64,000 bases of DNA, from assembly GCA_002633005.1 (NCBI GenBank), contig NMRA01000024.1:1080583-1144582 (forward strand). Direction: 5' to 3'. This DNA is from Phoronis australis. Taxonomy: Eukaryota > Animalia > Phoronida. The notes under the pieces are model-generated. The model did no database searches and had not been told where the DNA came from. It saw only the letters and a program-made list of their open reading frames with translations. The position numbers and the translations under genes were made by a program. This document shows, one piece after another, positions 13,811-26,979 of this stretch (positions are counted from its first letter, which is position 1; the number at the start of each line of letters is the position of its first letter).

Positions 13811-16313
13811 TCACTCCCTGGTGCTAGGGAGTGGGGAGAAAGGCTATCATTGTCCAGTCAAGGATTTGTTTGGTAAGGCTAGTATCTTGTGAATTCAGCA
13901 AAGCGATGCAAGTCTCTGCAAGATAGAGCCATGGATTGTAAAAGGTTTGTTTGATTACACTCATCTTCATGCGTTATTGAACACGTCTCAGGTCTAACTT
14001 TGGTAATTTCTAGGTTACGTGTATAGGTTTAAAGCTGTCCTTTCTGCTTTAACTTCTGTTTTCATGGCGAAACTCTGTGACACCGTTTCACATTTGTGCA
14101 GTCTAAACCTTGAATGTTATGCCTTTTAAAACCTTTTTATGTGGCCATCACAGTCACTGGTAGTTTAGCTGTTGATTTTCCATTTTAACAAAAGGTGGCA
14201 CTGCCTGAAAAGGCTGAACTAAGAAGGGTGCTTTTTGCAACAAAGGCATACCAGGTAGCACTTGTGCAAAACAATATCCAAAGTTTTTTTAGTGCTTTCT
14301 TTGACCACAGCAATACAAAAATGGCAAGAAGTAGCCGTTTCGGGGAAAAGGCATCGCTGGGGGTGAATGTCCGAAGTGGAACAGAGAAGCATGTAGAAAT
14401 TAATTAATAACCCATTGAAGAGAATGTAAATGAACTTTGTATGCGACTAGGCTGACCTTGGCAATATTTTTCGGTGAAATAAACTTAAGCAATCATTAGA
14501 ATTTTAAAACCTATAAGAAAAACTCTTCATTCCTTATGAAACCAATGTGTAAACGGTCTCTGTGACAATAGATGATGACTAAGCTGTATGGTCGCCAAAA
14601 ATATATGCTTGTAACAAGAGCTTATGCAAGGAGCTAGATTTTTTCCAATAACTGTTCTTTATTAAAATGTGTTTTTTGTGGTTTAATTTTGTTTTGAAGT
14701 GACTGAAGTGTCATAAACATGTTCAGGTGACCGGTTAAAAAGGTGATAAAGATAACGCTGCTACAAATCAGGGTGTTAGAGTCTTAACATATTTTAAGTC
14801 ATGATTTCTGAGTGATTGTCACCTGTTAAGCGATAGAGCAACTGATAAAAATGCTGTCAGCGTTTATTGCCAGGATAATAGTGTTTTTGTAAGTGTACAG
14901 CACGTGATTCGGGTTTTGTGGTTATGCAATATTTTTATCAGCGACTGTGTGTTTGAACAGAAACAACGTCACTGTAGCAGAATATAATTACTGTCAACTG
15001 GCAGTTTATCAATATGTGAACATGTATAATTGCGAAAAAGGTTTAACCAGTGTCGTATAAAACACCTAAAGTGGTTTTCAAGGTATTCCTGATTTAAGAC
15101 GGCTGCAGGTATTGTGAAAGTGTATTGAAAAGTAAAATCTTATTGATTTTAAATTTCCCTTATTCTCTTCAATATATTTTTAGCGTACTTCTCCATGAAG
15201 TGTGAATTTTGATTTCCCAGTCTGACTCATGATATATTACTCCATTTGAAAATTTTGCCACTGTTTTAAACATCCAATTGAAAGGGCTTAATTGGGATTA
15301 AAGGTCTTTCATTTTTGACGATGAGTAAAAGATTTACTGTTTTGGGCTGATGTAACAATGGCAGTCTTAACCAACTTTGCTGCCCTCTAGGGGCAGAGCG
15401 CAAACTTGCCTTTGGTATCTCTGTTGTATAGTGTTGATTTTTGAAAGTACAAATAAAAATTGTGTCATTTTACATTGGCACATTTTGCCTAGTACATTGG
15501 ATCAAATAGATTGGTTGTCCTTATTGTCATGGTTGTCTTGTGAGATTAAATCCTAGTGCATTCTAATGGACCATGAAAATTTGTTGATATCCCATCTGCA
15601 CTTTGGTCTTTATCTACCATAACCAGGTGAATATACCTGACCACAAAAGAGCCAAACCCTTTGTTTGCCAATTCCAATAAGGGCTGCTTCTCTTACAAAA
15701 GTGCAAACCAGTATTTTTATAGTATACATTGTGGGTTATGCAAGAGTTACATATGCTTGCTGCAACTACAGTACAATGGGTTTATTGTTCCTGTAGGCTT
15801 ATAGTCAACTGTCCTTGTTTCCAGGGGATCAATGAATTCCACCTCTTTGTCATTCCAGTGATTATTTTAAGAGGTTGTTTTGACAATTCACATGGCAAGC
15901 TGTCTAGAATACCATTTAGAAACCACAATAGGGGTTCACAAGAATAGCTTTCCTATGCAATATTAATGTTATTGACAGTTGATTGAAATTTTGACCAAAA
16001 CAGTAGTCTGCTAGCACATCAAAGATGGCAATTTGTCTCTGAAAGGAAACTGATAACTTAAACAAATACGGTGTTGTAGTTTTGATAAATTAATGAAGAA
16101 TAAAAGCGTTTTGGCATGATTTGTCTCTTATCCAGCACACCATACCCTAGAAAAGTCAAATGTCTTAATAGTAAACATAAACTTCTACGACGTGCGTTGT
16201 TACTGTACTGTACACCATAGGTGTAACTAAACAGAATTTGGTAAAAATGGTGGATAACCTTCAACGCCACCTACAGTTTCAGACGCTGTGAGCGGAGTGA
16301 GAATTTAAAGGAA

Positions 16314-16368
<55 letters not shown>

Positions 16369-16470
16369 GTGATATTTAAAATGAGGATGGCCTCTTCAGT
16401 GATAGCACTGCTTTCCAAGAGGGCCTTCAACAAGAAAAACAGTAATATAATACAATGAAGTAATAAATAT
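16314..16470 (-). mobile_element. 5'-truncated 3' end of a CR1/L2-type LINE with (AAT)n tail
   Basis: Reverse complement GGCCCTCTTGGAAAGCAGTGCTATCACTGAAGAGGCC...CATTTTAAA matches 60585-60640, the 3' end of the RT-bearing LINE. The (ATT)n run at 16314-16368 is the tail. Confidence 0.85.
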
Positions 16471-19400
16471 TTATCATTTTGACAGACAAAAATGCACCGT
16501 TGGATGGGATAGAGTTTTTGAAGTTATTAGCTTTGACCAGAGCTGTAAAAGAACAAAAATCGTTAGGTTTTTGTGATTTTGTAATACAGATCTCATCAAT
16601 TCTCTCTCATGTCTGCCCAACATCCGCTGAGATCAAAGCAGGTGACTTTACTTTGAGATGTAACTCATCAGTAGAGCGTTTGGCTGTAAATGCAGTTTCT
16701 TGATTCAAATACGCAACAAGGCTGATTTCAGAAAATGTTTTTTCTCACTGATAATGCAACTTTTGGGAGGATTTCATGATTTTTTATGAATTCTTTTCCA
16801 TCTTAATGTTGTGTTGTGGGATATGCTAATGATTCGTGCAAAGGTGTAATGTCACAATGTGTTGTGTGTGAAAGAATTTGCGTTTTGCCTTTTTGACTGC
16901 CATGCGTGCCAGATGTAACTTTGCTGCCAAGTTCCATTCAATACAATTGCACAATTGCTGTCATCTCAAAACTGCCGGTACAGTTTTCACAATCATCATC
17001 ACTTTTCGCTTCATACAAATCTTAAATTTGTTTCATGAAAATCATACTAAGTCCCATTTCTGGTAGCCCCTCATGCAAAAGTACATTATTTCTAGGATAA
17101 TACCCTATCAGTGTTTTTGAGAACAGTGCAAAAAGCGTAGTATCTTAAAGATTATGAAATTCCGATCAGCCATGTCTGCGATATGATGCTCTGACGCTTT
17201 CTAGTCCTGCGTAATCTTAGCACTCTTTCAGCTGTGAAGTCATTAGTGGAGGCTCTCCGCCAAATTCCCCTCGGTGAAAAAATACCAAGTTTCTTTCCTG
17301 TTTGTGTTGCGTAATTCTTGCAGCAGTGTGAAAGAAATTGAAGTCTCTGATCCAACTGCCACAATGACTCAGCCATCACTAATATGGCTTTTGAGTCACT
17401 GCTCCTGCTTTATCACCTAACAAGAACTGCCCTCTTCAGATCCTAGCTTGCCACAAAAGAGGCTTCTACCGATTTTTTCCCAGCAAAACCACTTCTCCCT
17501 AGAATTACGTAATCTCATGCAACTTGGTTTATTTCTGGCAAATATTGACATACACTAACATCTGGGGATTTTTAACTGAAGTCCTGACATTTTTTCAATG
17601 TGGTTAATGGTGTTGATTCAGAGGCTTAATCAAGTCACTATTACATAATATTGCCTCAGCTTAATCAGTCGTAAAACTCCATCAAGTACATATTTTATCA
17701 GCCCACAAAGGTCAGTCAGTCAAGGTCCATTGTCCTTGGCAGAAGGGAGCTGGACATTTTTGGGTTTTGGGTGAGTTTTTGTCCACTCGACCATGGTTTG
17801 TGATGGCTTGAGTGAATGGAAGTGACCACTAATAAGGTTTCTGGAATCATTAATTACCTGTCTCAAGGAAGAGTGAATAATGTAGTTTTTCTGCATGGAT
17901 GATTCGTGAAACAGAACGCGCGGATATTCCACATTTTCGGTGGAGATTGGGATCATTTTTCCGAACTGTTAACAACCGTGTATCTGGTTTACACCAAATG
18001 TGATGTATTACGCTATTGCTTTTGAGTTTGGATTCCATTGCTTGCGTTTTGATATTTGATAGGCAGCAAATCCATTTTTGTTACCAGAGTATTTTACTTG
18101 TAATACACTCAAAATGCATTGAATTTCTAAAGGTCACACCATATCTCTATTCAATATTTTGAATCCGTTTTTTGTTACAAATTCTATGGTTTCACGTCGC
18201 TGTTAAATTTAAGCTAATTTCCAATACTTCGTCAAATTATATTTTGCATTTTGGTTTAGCTGATACTTGGGGCCCACAGCTTAGTGTTTCATTTCTTTTT
18301 TCTTTAGTTCTTTTCAACATTCTAATGAGAAACTACGTTGGTGAAGTTAGAGCATGCCAAAAATTTTGACAGTGTATACCATCTTTGGTACCTAGTCATT
18401 TGGGCTTGACATCTGTTTCTCATTTCTCTAGATTGCACCTAAAAACATAGGGTCGGCTGTTGGTAAGACGCCAAATGTTTCCCTTGAAATAGTGCTGTAT
18501 TCTGCAAACCAGATATCAGTCTTTTGCTGAGTGTGAATGGTCTGAGGGTTTTTTTTATTGGAAAGTCAGTTTTAAGCCGACTGCTGGCCCTCTGATTTTT
18601 TATCGCTGCTGTGAAAATGCACCACAGTCTGTTTTACAGTGAACTTTATGTAAAGGGACACAATTCATTTTTGTGTCAAAAACGCATTTTTGGGTCTTTC
18701 CTTGAGTAGGATAGAATTCTTGAAGTTATTAGTTTTGACCAGAGTTATAAAAGGACAATTTGTTGTTTTTGTGGTTCTGTTAAAAATCACCGATTCTTGA
18801 TGTTGACTTTCTGTCATTGAATAAGCTTGAGTCGAGACTGGTGTCTATCATTTACACACACTGGCTACTTGTCACATCGTGGCTTTTACCTCTAATAGCA
18901 AAGCATGAAACTACCAGCTCTGCATGAAACTACCAGCTCTGAGGTATTGGGCTTAAAACCATCTTGGGGCTGATCTCGAATATGCATCACTGTCGCCAGC
19001 AATGGGACTTTATAAACCTTGGACAGAGAATTCGCTAGAATTGGTGTTTTTTTGAAGCACTACTTAATTGCTGAAAAAGTCATTAAACATTAGATTACTA
19101 CTTTACAGAATAAGCCACTATGACCTTGGAAAATTTACATTTGGAATACGGTAATTCTGTCATCTATTTAACCCAAAATAGGGCGGACTAGTGGAACTTT
19201 ATTTTGTCAAATTTCTGAATAATTTTGTGCTTAGAAAATTTTAATCTATTATTAGCACGGTTTGTACTGTGTAGAGGTCAGAAAATTTCTACTGTTTGCA
19301 GTAACAGTAATCAACCCTTGAAAAATGGAAAAACATGACTATTACAGCAACATTTTCGTGTGAAATAAGTAAAGAATTACCTCGTTTGATTTGGTGTTGA

Positions 19401-22400
19401 AGTTTCGTCGCAAATTCTCGTCGTTCACTCCATTATATTCTCGTAAATTGAAGAGATTATTATAATTACTACATTTATTTTTAACCGACTCTGACTATTG
19501 CATGGAAACTAATAACGAGTAGCCATTGATTAGCTACCCATATCAAAACCAGTTGCGCAACAATGCTGCTTAACTGTTTAATTATCTATTGAATGGTTGA
19601 GAAGCTTTAACAGGAATTGCCGTTTATGTGTCTTTGAATTTCGGGCCCTTGGTATTTTTCCAGTCATTGTTGGACTTTACATGGAAACCTAAACCCTGGT
19701 TCTGCGTCTTGAAGTTTTTTTTGCCAGTGGTGGTGGTGGGGGGGGGGGTGTTTTCGTTCTTGCACTTTTAAGGGTAAGTGTGTGAACAGAGAGGGCTGAC
19801 ACCAAACCCACGGTACAAAGTTCTTACGAGCATCCCTAATATCCACACATGCACTGAAAATAATCTAGTATCTGAGATCCAACTAACTCAACAACCCAAA
19901 CAAGATTTCTCTTCAGCTCCCCTGGTTTGGGCCTAGAGTTTGGTACAGGGGAGTACTTTTCAAGGACCCAGGTATGGAATTTGTATCTCGGGTGTGGTGT
20001 TTGTTGGTCCTGGACTGGGCTTAGGGGACCAAATCTTTAATTTCGAGGCACAGCCCTGGTATGTGTGTTCCAAGATATATTGTAAAACCACTGCTCAGTT
20101 ATGAGCTATTATTTTTTCAAATGTAAATGTTCAACAAAATAACTTTGATCCTAATATTTCCATGGCAAATACTTCATGAAGTGTAGATGATAATTCTCAG
20201 ACAACAACATCTGAAAGTCACGTTTTGTGGGATTTGTCTATTCTTTTCTTTATGTTTTCTTTCAAAACAGTCCAATCAATATTTTAAACCATCATAAATG
20301 CAGTTGATAGATTTGATTGTGTTTCACCTCCATGAATACATCTATTGCTTTCATGGAAAAGCCAATTTAGAAAAATGCGAAATTTCTGAAGTCGGCATCA
20401 ACATCATCAGTATTATAATAACCAGTTGACTTATTGATTCTCTGATAAATTATTCACTGTTTTTAATTTTCACTTGAGTATGGCATATCAAAAGCAGAGC
20501 CATAGAACATTAGGACCGTGCCTGCAAAAGCTTGATAACTATTAGAGTAGTCAATTACCAGTACCATCAGTCCTATCATTTTAAATTATGAGTGTGCATG
20601 CAATAAGGACGTTTTATTGCTAATTGTAATATGAAATGAAGTGTTTGATACTGGTTGTAATCTTGATGTAGTCCCAGCATTCCTGGCAGAACACGCCTTA
20701 AGAAAGGCGATTAAGATAAAGTGAAAAAGAATAAAACTTTCCTGACCATCTTATTGCTTAATGATTACCCTGTTTAGCAATTCTGTCTGTCAAATCTTAG
20801 TCCTAAAAGATGTTCTTTCAAAACAAATTCTTTAAAGAATGGTGCGATTTTTTAATTTATGTTTTTTTTTCTGGTGGTGTACGTTGGACATAAATGTCAA
20901 ACTCGGTTGACAGAAACTTCACTTTTTCAATTGACACTTGAAACCAAGAATACAAGTCGAGACGAGACGTAATTTAGGTGCAGGAAATGTTTACGTTTTG
21001 ATAAATTGTGTGGTCTTCAATTTTTTAAATTGATTTGATGTTATAAATCTGGTGAGAATAAAGAAAAAATTAACTGTGCTGAAGTTAGGGTCCAAATTCA
21101 GTCATTTAAAGTGCGGTAGGCTTTTTTGTGTGACCTGAATTTCACCTTTTTGTTGGGACAAATGTATGTCAGAGCAGATGGAGTTATGTGCTGGGAATGC
21201 AAGTGATCTCAGCTCGTGGCTCATGTCTGCAGCAAATTGATCTGCTAGGATTTTGCTTCACGAGACGATGAAGCAAATGTCTCACTTGTTTCGTTTCTTC
21301 TACCTGGTGAGCATAAATACGCACAGCGTGGGGATGAGGTGAGTTAACCTCAATTTCCTTCAGTAGCCAATAAAAAGTAATTATTGGATCACCTGACCCA
21401 CAGCAAATCTCTCTCGTCTCATTGTAATCATGTTTTGGCTCATGGTTTAGGTCGGTATATTCTGCCCCGCTGTGCCCGCTATCAATGAGTTTCATTTGAG
21501 GCACCCAGCTCAGCTCCTAGCCATTTGTCTGCAGTGTCTCTAATTAACATTGCAGGTTAGGGTAGGGGCCCTTGGGCGGCTGTAGGAGTCTTTGTTCATT
21601 AAAAACATCCTGTCTCATCTCAGCTGAAGGCTTTGTCTGAAGCCAGCTCTGCTGAGTTATGTAAGGTTATGGAAGAAAGGTGATGCTGTGGACAAGAATA
21701 ACATACAGCCTTGCTTGAAAAACAGCTCATCAAGTGACTGGGGTGTAAAGAAAACAATCTGTGCCTCCTATAGGTTTTTATTAGCTGTTTGCGTGGTGAA
21801 AATAATTATTCCGTTTCTTGGCAGCTACAGTCCAAAGACATTTTGTATTTATTTGTACCAGCTGCGTTAATCCATTCATTTTTTGAAACAGCTTGTCAAA
21901 TTGAAGAAATTCTGTTAATTTTGCTTTCTAGTTGAAGTTTTCGTCGTTTGTCTTTTTTGTTGAGCAAACTGGTCAGTAATATGAGGCGCGATTCATAGGT
22001 CATCTTGTTCTGTGAGTTTCGAAACAATGTTCATGCTGTGTTAATATCTTTATTGTGAAGACCTGTTTATTTCACCTTTGGTGTTTTCTGGAATTGTGTA
22101 ACATGTTTGTGCATGCGTGTAAACTCTCAGCTGTTTGGGTTCACAACTTATCATGCATAGGATAAGAACATGAAACGCAACGCAACGGTGTGTGGTTAAA
22201 CAAATGTAAATGATACAGCAAAGATTTTACAACTCCCTGCAAAAATTGTTGCGTTACGTATGTTTTACGAAAAGAGGATATATTATATAATTTCCCATGC
22301 TTTGTCCTAAAAATGGTTAAATGCCACTGTAGGTCTCTTGTAATGAGTATCTTATCATTAACACTGTGGTGACCATGTGTGTCAAAATACTCCCTGTTCG

Positions 22401-25400
22401 GCATCTATCTATCAGCTGGATCTTGTTTTGTGCATGTAATGTCAAGATGACGGTCATACCAGACAGTACACAACTTATTGGGCCATGCCAATGAACAAAC
22501 CTTCCTAATACCTGTTTACAGTGATTTCATCTCAGGCTTCATCTGTGGCAGAGGTGAAGACAATTTCAGAAAAAAAACAGTCTGCACATTTAACCCATTT
22601 GTTCACTTTTGAGCTTTTATCCTTTACAATAAGGCTTGATTGGTGATTCTTGTCATTTTGGTTTTGCTCATTTAGTGCAGGTAAATTGGCTTAGATTCTC
22701 TTATAAAGAAAACGATTCTTGCCATGTGGTGTATTTTTTCATTGTTGGGCACCAATTAGATTTAATGGTGCTCTGTGGTCCTTAATTTAACTTGTCAATT
22801 TGTTAATTACTTTGACATTAGGTTAGGTAAATACAATCAAAGTTGGTTAAATAATTTCCTCTCTCCTAATATGATCTAATATTATGTGGAGAGTGTTCTG
22901 TCATAGTTGTGTGGCTGAAAACCAATATGCGAAAAGGCCAGTATCGTGATTCAGCAAGATTTTTTTTGGAGAAGGGTTTTTGAATCTTGGCTACTGCTTA
23001 AGTGACCCATTCTACACCTTCCAGTTGTGTGGCTTGGTATTGAACTATTTTCAGATTTCAATACCTCTTTGTTTGAACCTTGTTGTGCCAGTCTGTATGA
23101 ATGTTTTGTCAGGCGGACTTTTTCTTGTGAGTAGCTTTTGAGCACCTCCAGACACCCGGCTCCATATTATGTAACTTTATGTTTGGAAAACATCCAAATA
23201 AAAATGTGAAGCCCTTTATGGACTGCTGTCATAAAAACGCACTCAACAACATCTTAACAGGGCTGGGAGTTACGTTGTGTTCACCTATTATTTGTGGCTA
23301 TTTGAATAAGCTTTAGTTCCCAATATCATGTTTTGTGTGTGGTGTGTGTGTGTGTTTTGTGTGAAACAAAATAATTCTATTGATTGCGAGGATGGCTAAA
23401 TTTACTGGACTTGTTTGTGACACCGGAATGTTTGTATTTTAAGCATTTTGATTTTTATTCTCGACTCCGTTTCTGCTAAGTTGGACGTGCTTCCTGATGG
23501 TCATGGCAGATATAAAAACTAAAAGGTTTTGGTTTTTGCAGCAATCATTCTTTTGACAAATCTGCATGTATTTAGAGCACACTGTGGTTGACAAGTGAAA
23601 TTCTATTTTGCAAAATGTCTCCACAAAGTAAAGATTAAGAAAATTTTAATCTATTTGGTTTGCAAATGTGTAGATGTCATAAAACAACTTTTTGAGAATT
23701 TTCCATTTTTTGCTATAATCAGCCTTTGAAAAAGGGTAAAATGATAATTTTGGCGATTATTTTTTCCAAACTACGAGTAGAATTCTGTGCCATCATGTAA
23801 TTATCCCGAATTTCTATTTTTGGAACTGTTCAAGTTTTTACCAAAACACTTCCAAATCCAGAAACTGACTATCTTACTTGGGATGCAGTAGAGCTTAAAG
23901 TTTGCTAACTGCATGGTTTGCTGCCAATTTCGTTCTTCATCCGTTGCTTGATTTACGTAAGACATGAAATTGTTTCATTTGTGCATGCGCTTCAAGTCTA
24001 AATAACCAATCTAATTTCTGCTGTCATATTCAGGCCCTAATTGGTGTCTTGCTGCCTGTTTTTACCCAGCGCGTATTAGTAATCCCCTATACTTTGTTGA
24101 TTTAATAGCACACTCTTTGTCTCGAGATATTGATCTGCTCGTCATTGTATCGAGCGTTTTTATCAATTTTTTGTCAGACGTTACGTAACACACATCCACC
24201 TGTGTTTTACATTCACAAAGCGAATCGCGCTGCCTCTCAGTGAGTTGCGTCATTTTGTTCACCACTATTTCCACTCCTGTTCCAGTTAATTAGTGGTAAA
24301 CAATACATGGAATTGCAGGCTGCACAAGTCTTTTTTCCCTTATACAACCTATGCACTTACAGTATTGACGATTCCCAGAAGGGTCTTTGTCCAGTGTTTT
24401 AAGGCTTTGTCCGCCGGTTGACGTATGTATTTGAATTAAATTGAGAATATTGTAAAACTTTTTAATGTGGAAGTAATTGGCGGCCTCAGTATTACCATAG
24501 AGTAGCCTAGAGCATTTTCGTCTGGTCTTTAAGCTTCTCATCTGCGATACACTGTATGGCAACGGGAAGTGTTACAAAGAGCAATTTTGCGCTGTAGATT
24601 GTTTAATAAAGAGTTTCCAAAGCTGTGAAATACTCTTGTCAGAAAATAACTTGTATGTTTTTGTTTAGTGAAAATATAAATTCTTCATGCAAATATCAAA
24701 ATTTTGTTGATGTTCCTGGTTTTTGCATCTTTTCAATAATTATGATCAGCCTAGACAGTATGAGATTAAAAATGGGAATGCGAATAGCTGGCTTGGTGTG
24801 TAGCCGCAAGGACTGAATGCTGTAACTCTTCACCAATTTGGCATGCAATGTGGTAGAAATGTGAAATTTAGTTTGTCATTTGTCGTGACAGAACAAAATA
24901 TAATAACAAAATATAATAACAAAATTGCACTGCATTGTTAGTGTTATGGTGAGTAACTGCACAGCTGTCACAAAACATTACTTGTAAAGTTTTAGTTACA
25001 TTTAGCTATTGACAATTAGGTTCAGTAAAATTTTTACCAATTTAGGAAACCATACGACAAACAAGTGAAACGTTATTTTCACATTTATTTGGAAAAGATC
25101 TTTTCATCCATCGAATTAAATGCTTTGTCATTCTAAAGTTTTATAACAGTTGTTGTCAGACAAATAATAAAAAAGTGCAGGTATTTACGTTGATGTCAGA
25201 ACCATTTCAAAAAATGAAAAGAGTCAAGTTGGCAATTATTTGTGTCCAAAATTAACGAGATTTTTGTGAAAGATTTTTATGCAAAAATTTTTGTCTAGAA
25301 TGATAAGAGTTATTATCTAGACATTAACAGGGTACAACAATTAGGCCAACGCAATGTTAATGAAATAATACCAGAAATGGGCTAAAATGTACTTCTTTCA

Positions 25401-26945
25401 TTTTTTGAGGTCTTGTATCGCCTGTTGATAGCTATGGTGGGGAATTTGCCGAAAGCATAAAGCATTAATTTTGTGGTACACATTTTGTGAAAAAGCGTAG
25501 AAATGTAATTTCTCAATTGTCCACCATGCTGGGTCTCAAAATTGGCGAGGTCTTACCATTGTTGCAAACTCATTTGCCTAGCCGCGATGAAGGTCATTAA
25601 AAATGGAGTAAAAGGCAGAGCTCTAATTAGGTGGAAACATTCAAATTGGGTGGCATACCCTACACTGTTTTCCTTGACTAATTTTCCTGGCGTTTCTATT
25701 TATCCCGTTTCTATTTATCGCCATTGCCTTGGCTAGGTGATTAGTATGAACTGCCTGTGGAGGCTTGGTGAGATGAATTTGGCCTGGGCTGGTTTTTGTT
25801 GATTCTACATTGATGACCTGTTTTTGAAGACCCTCCGCTCTGTGGGCTCCAGAGCAATTAATCTCCTGTGCAGTGGAAATCACCTGACTTAATTGACACA
25901 AATATTACATACGAATGCGTAACATTTGGTTTTAGTACTGGTGTTCTTTCTGATTGTCTTGAGTTGAAATCCAGCTATGCTGGTCAGCACAGAATGATGT
26001 AGGCGAATTTAAAGTAGAACATTCACTAATCACCTTTTGTGAAAATCCTGATTTTCGTTGTACTATTCATCGCTTGTACTATTCATCGCTGAGAAATATT
26101 CAGGAATTTTATCATTCAGAGCTGGTAGCCTTGAAATCCTTTTTAGGTCTCTGTTCATGTAGCTAACTTGAGGGTGTAGTTCTTGGGAAGTCTGACTTCG
26201 TATTCGTGTTTTCTGCAGAGAATTACTCTCTGAAGCTTATCTTCTTTTTCATGGTTTCAGTTTGATTGTTACATGGCAATAAGCTATTTTGTGCAACATT
26301 TTGTGTTGAATCACTGAATACGGTCCCAACACAGAATGTTGTGTGTGTTCCAGTTCAATACTCAATTAGTTGTAAGGCTGTGAAACGTTTTTAGGAATGC
26401 AGGAAAAACGGGACCACCCACATTTTCGCCCATTAATTTGATGCTTCATTATTCCAAAACCTGCATCCAACCTGATTTTATTAATTTCAACTGTCAATCA
26501 GGTGTATTTAGCTTCAGTGACAACGATGAAGTAATTTTTCGCTTGTTTAGCACCAAATATTGCTGACGAGTGAAAGTGTGTTTTGTGAAGTTTCTTCTCA
26601 ATAATTAAACAGAAGAAAATTTTAGTAACTAGCACGGTTTGTGTTGCGTAGATGTGGGAAAGCTTCAATGATTTGATGCAAAGTAACCAGCCTTTTAAAT
26701 AGTGGAATTTTGCAATTTTGGGGTTATTTTGTGCTAAGTAAAGGAGAATTAATATGCTTGTAAAGGCTTATTGAAAAGGCAATTTTTGTAATCCCACGCT
26801 AGGCTGAACGGCCACCTTTTAGTGGGTGTCAAACCCATGTGTGAAAGGTATCGTGTTTTTTATGTCATTGTTGCCTATTGTGTAAAATAGTAAAACAAGT
26901 AAAACTAAAACGACAAACGTCGGTATTAAAATATATTAAAATATT

Positions 26946-26979
26946 CCTACGTTTCGAGCGATGCGCTCTTTGTCAAGGG
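26946..26979 (-). ncRNA. Minimal type I hammerhead-like motif (U3-A8 variant), Penelope-like element remnant
   Basis: Minus strand reads CCC-UUGACAA-A-GAGCG-cau-CGCUC-GAAA-CG-UA-GG. Stem II is intact, stem III is the palindrome ACGU, stem I is only 2 bp. Confidence 0.5.
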
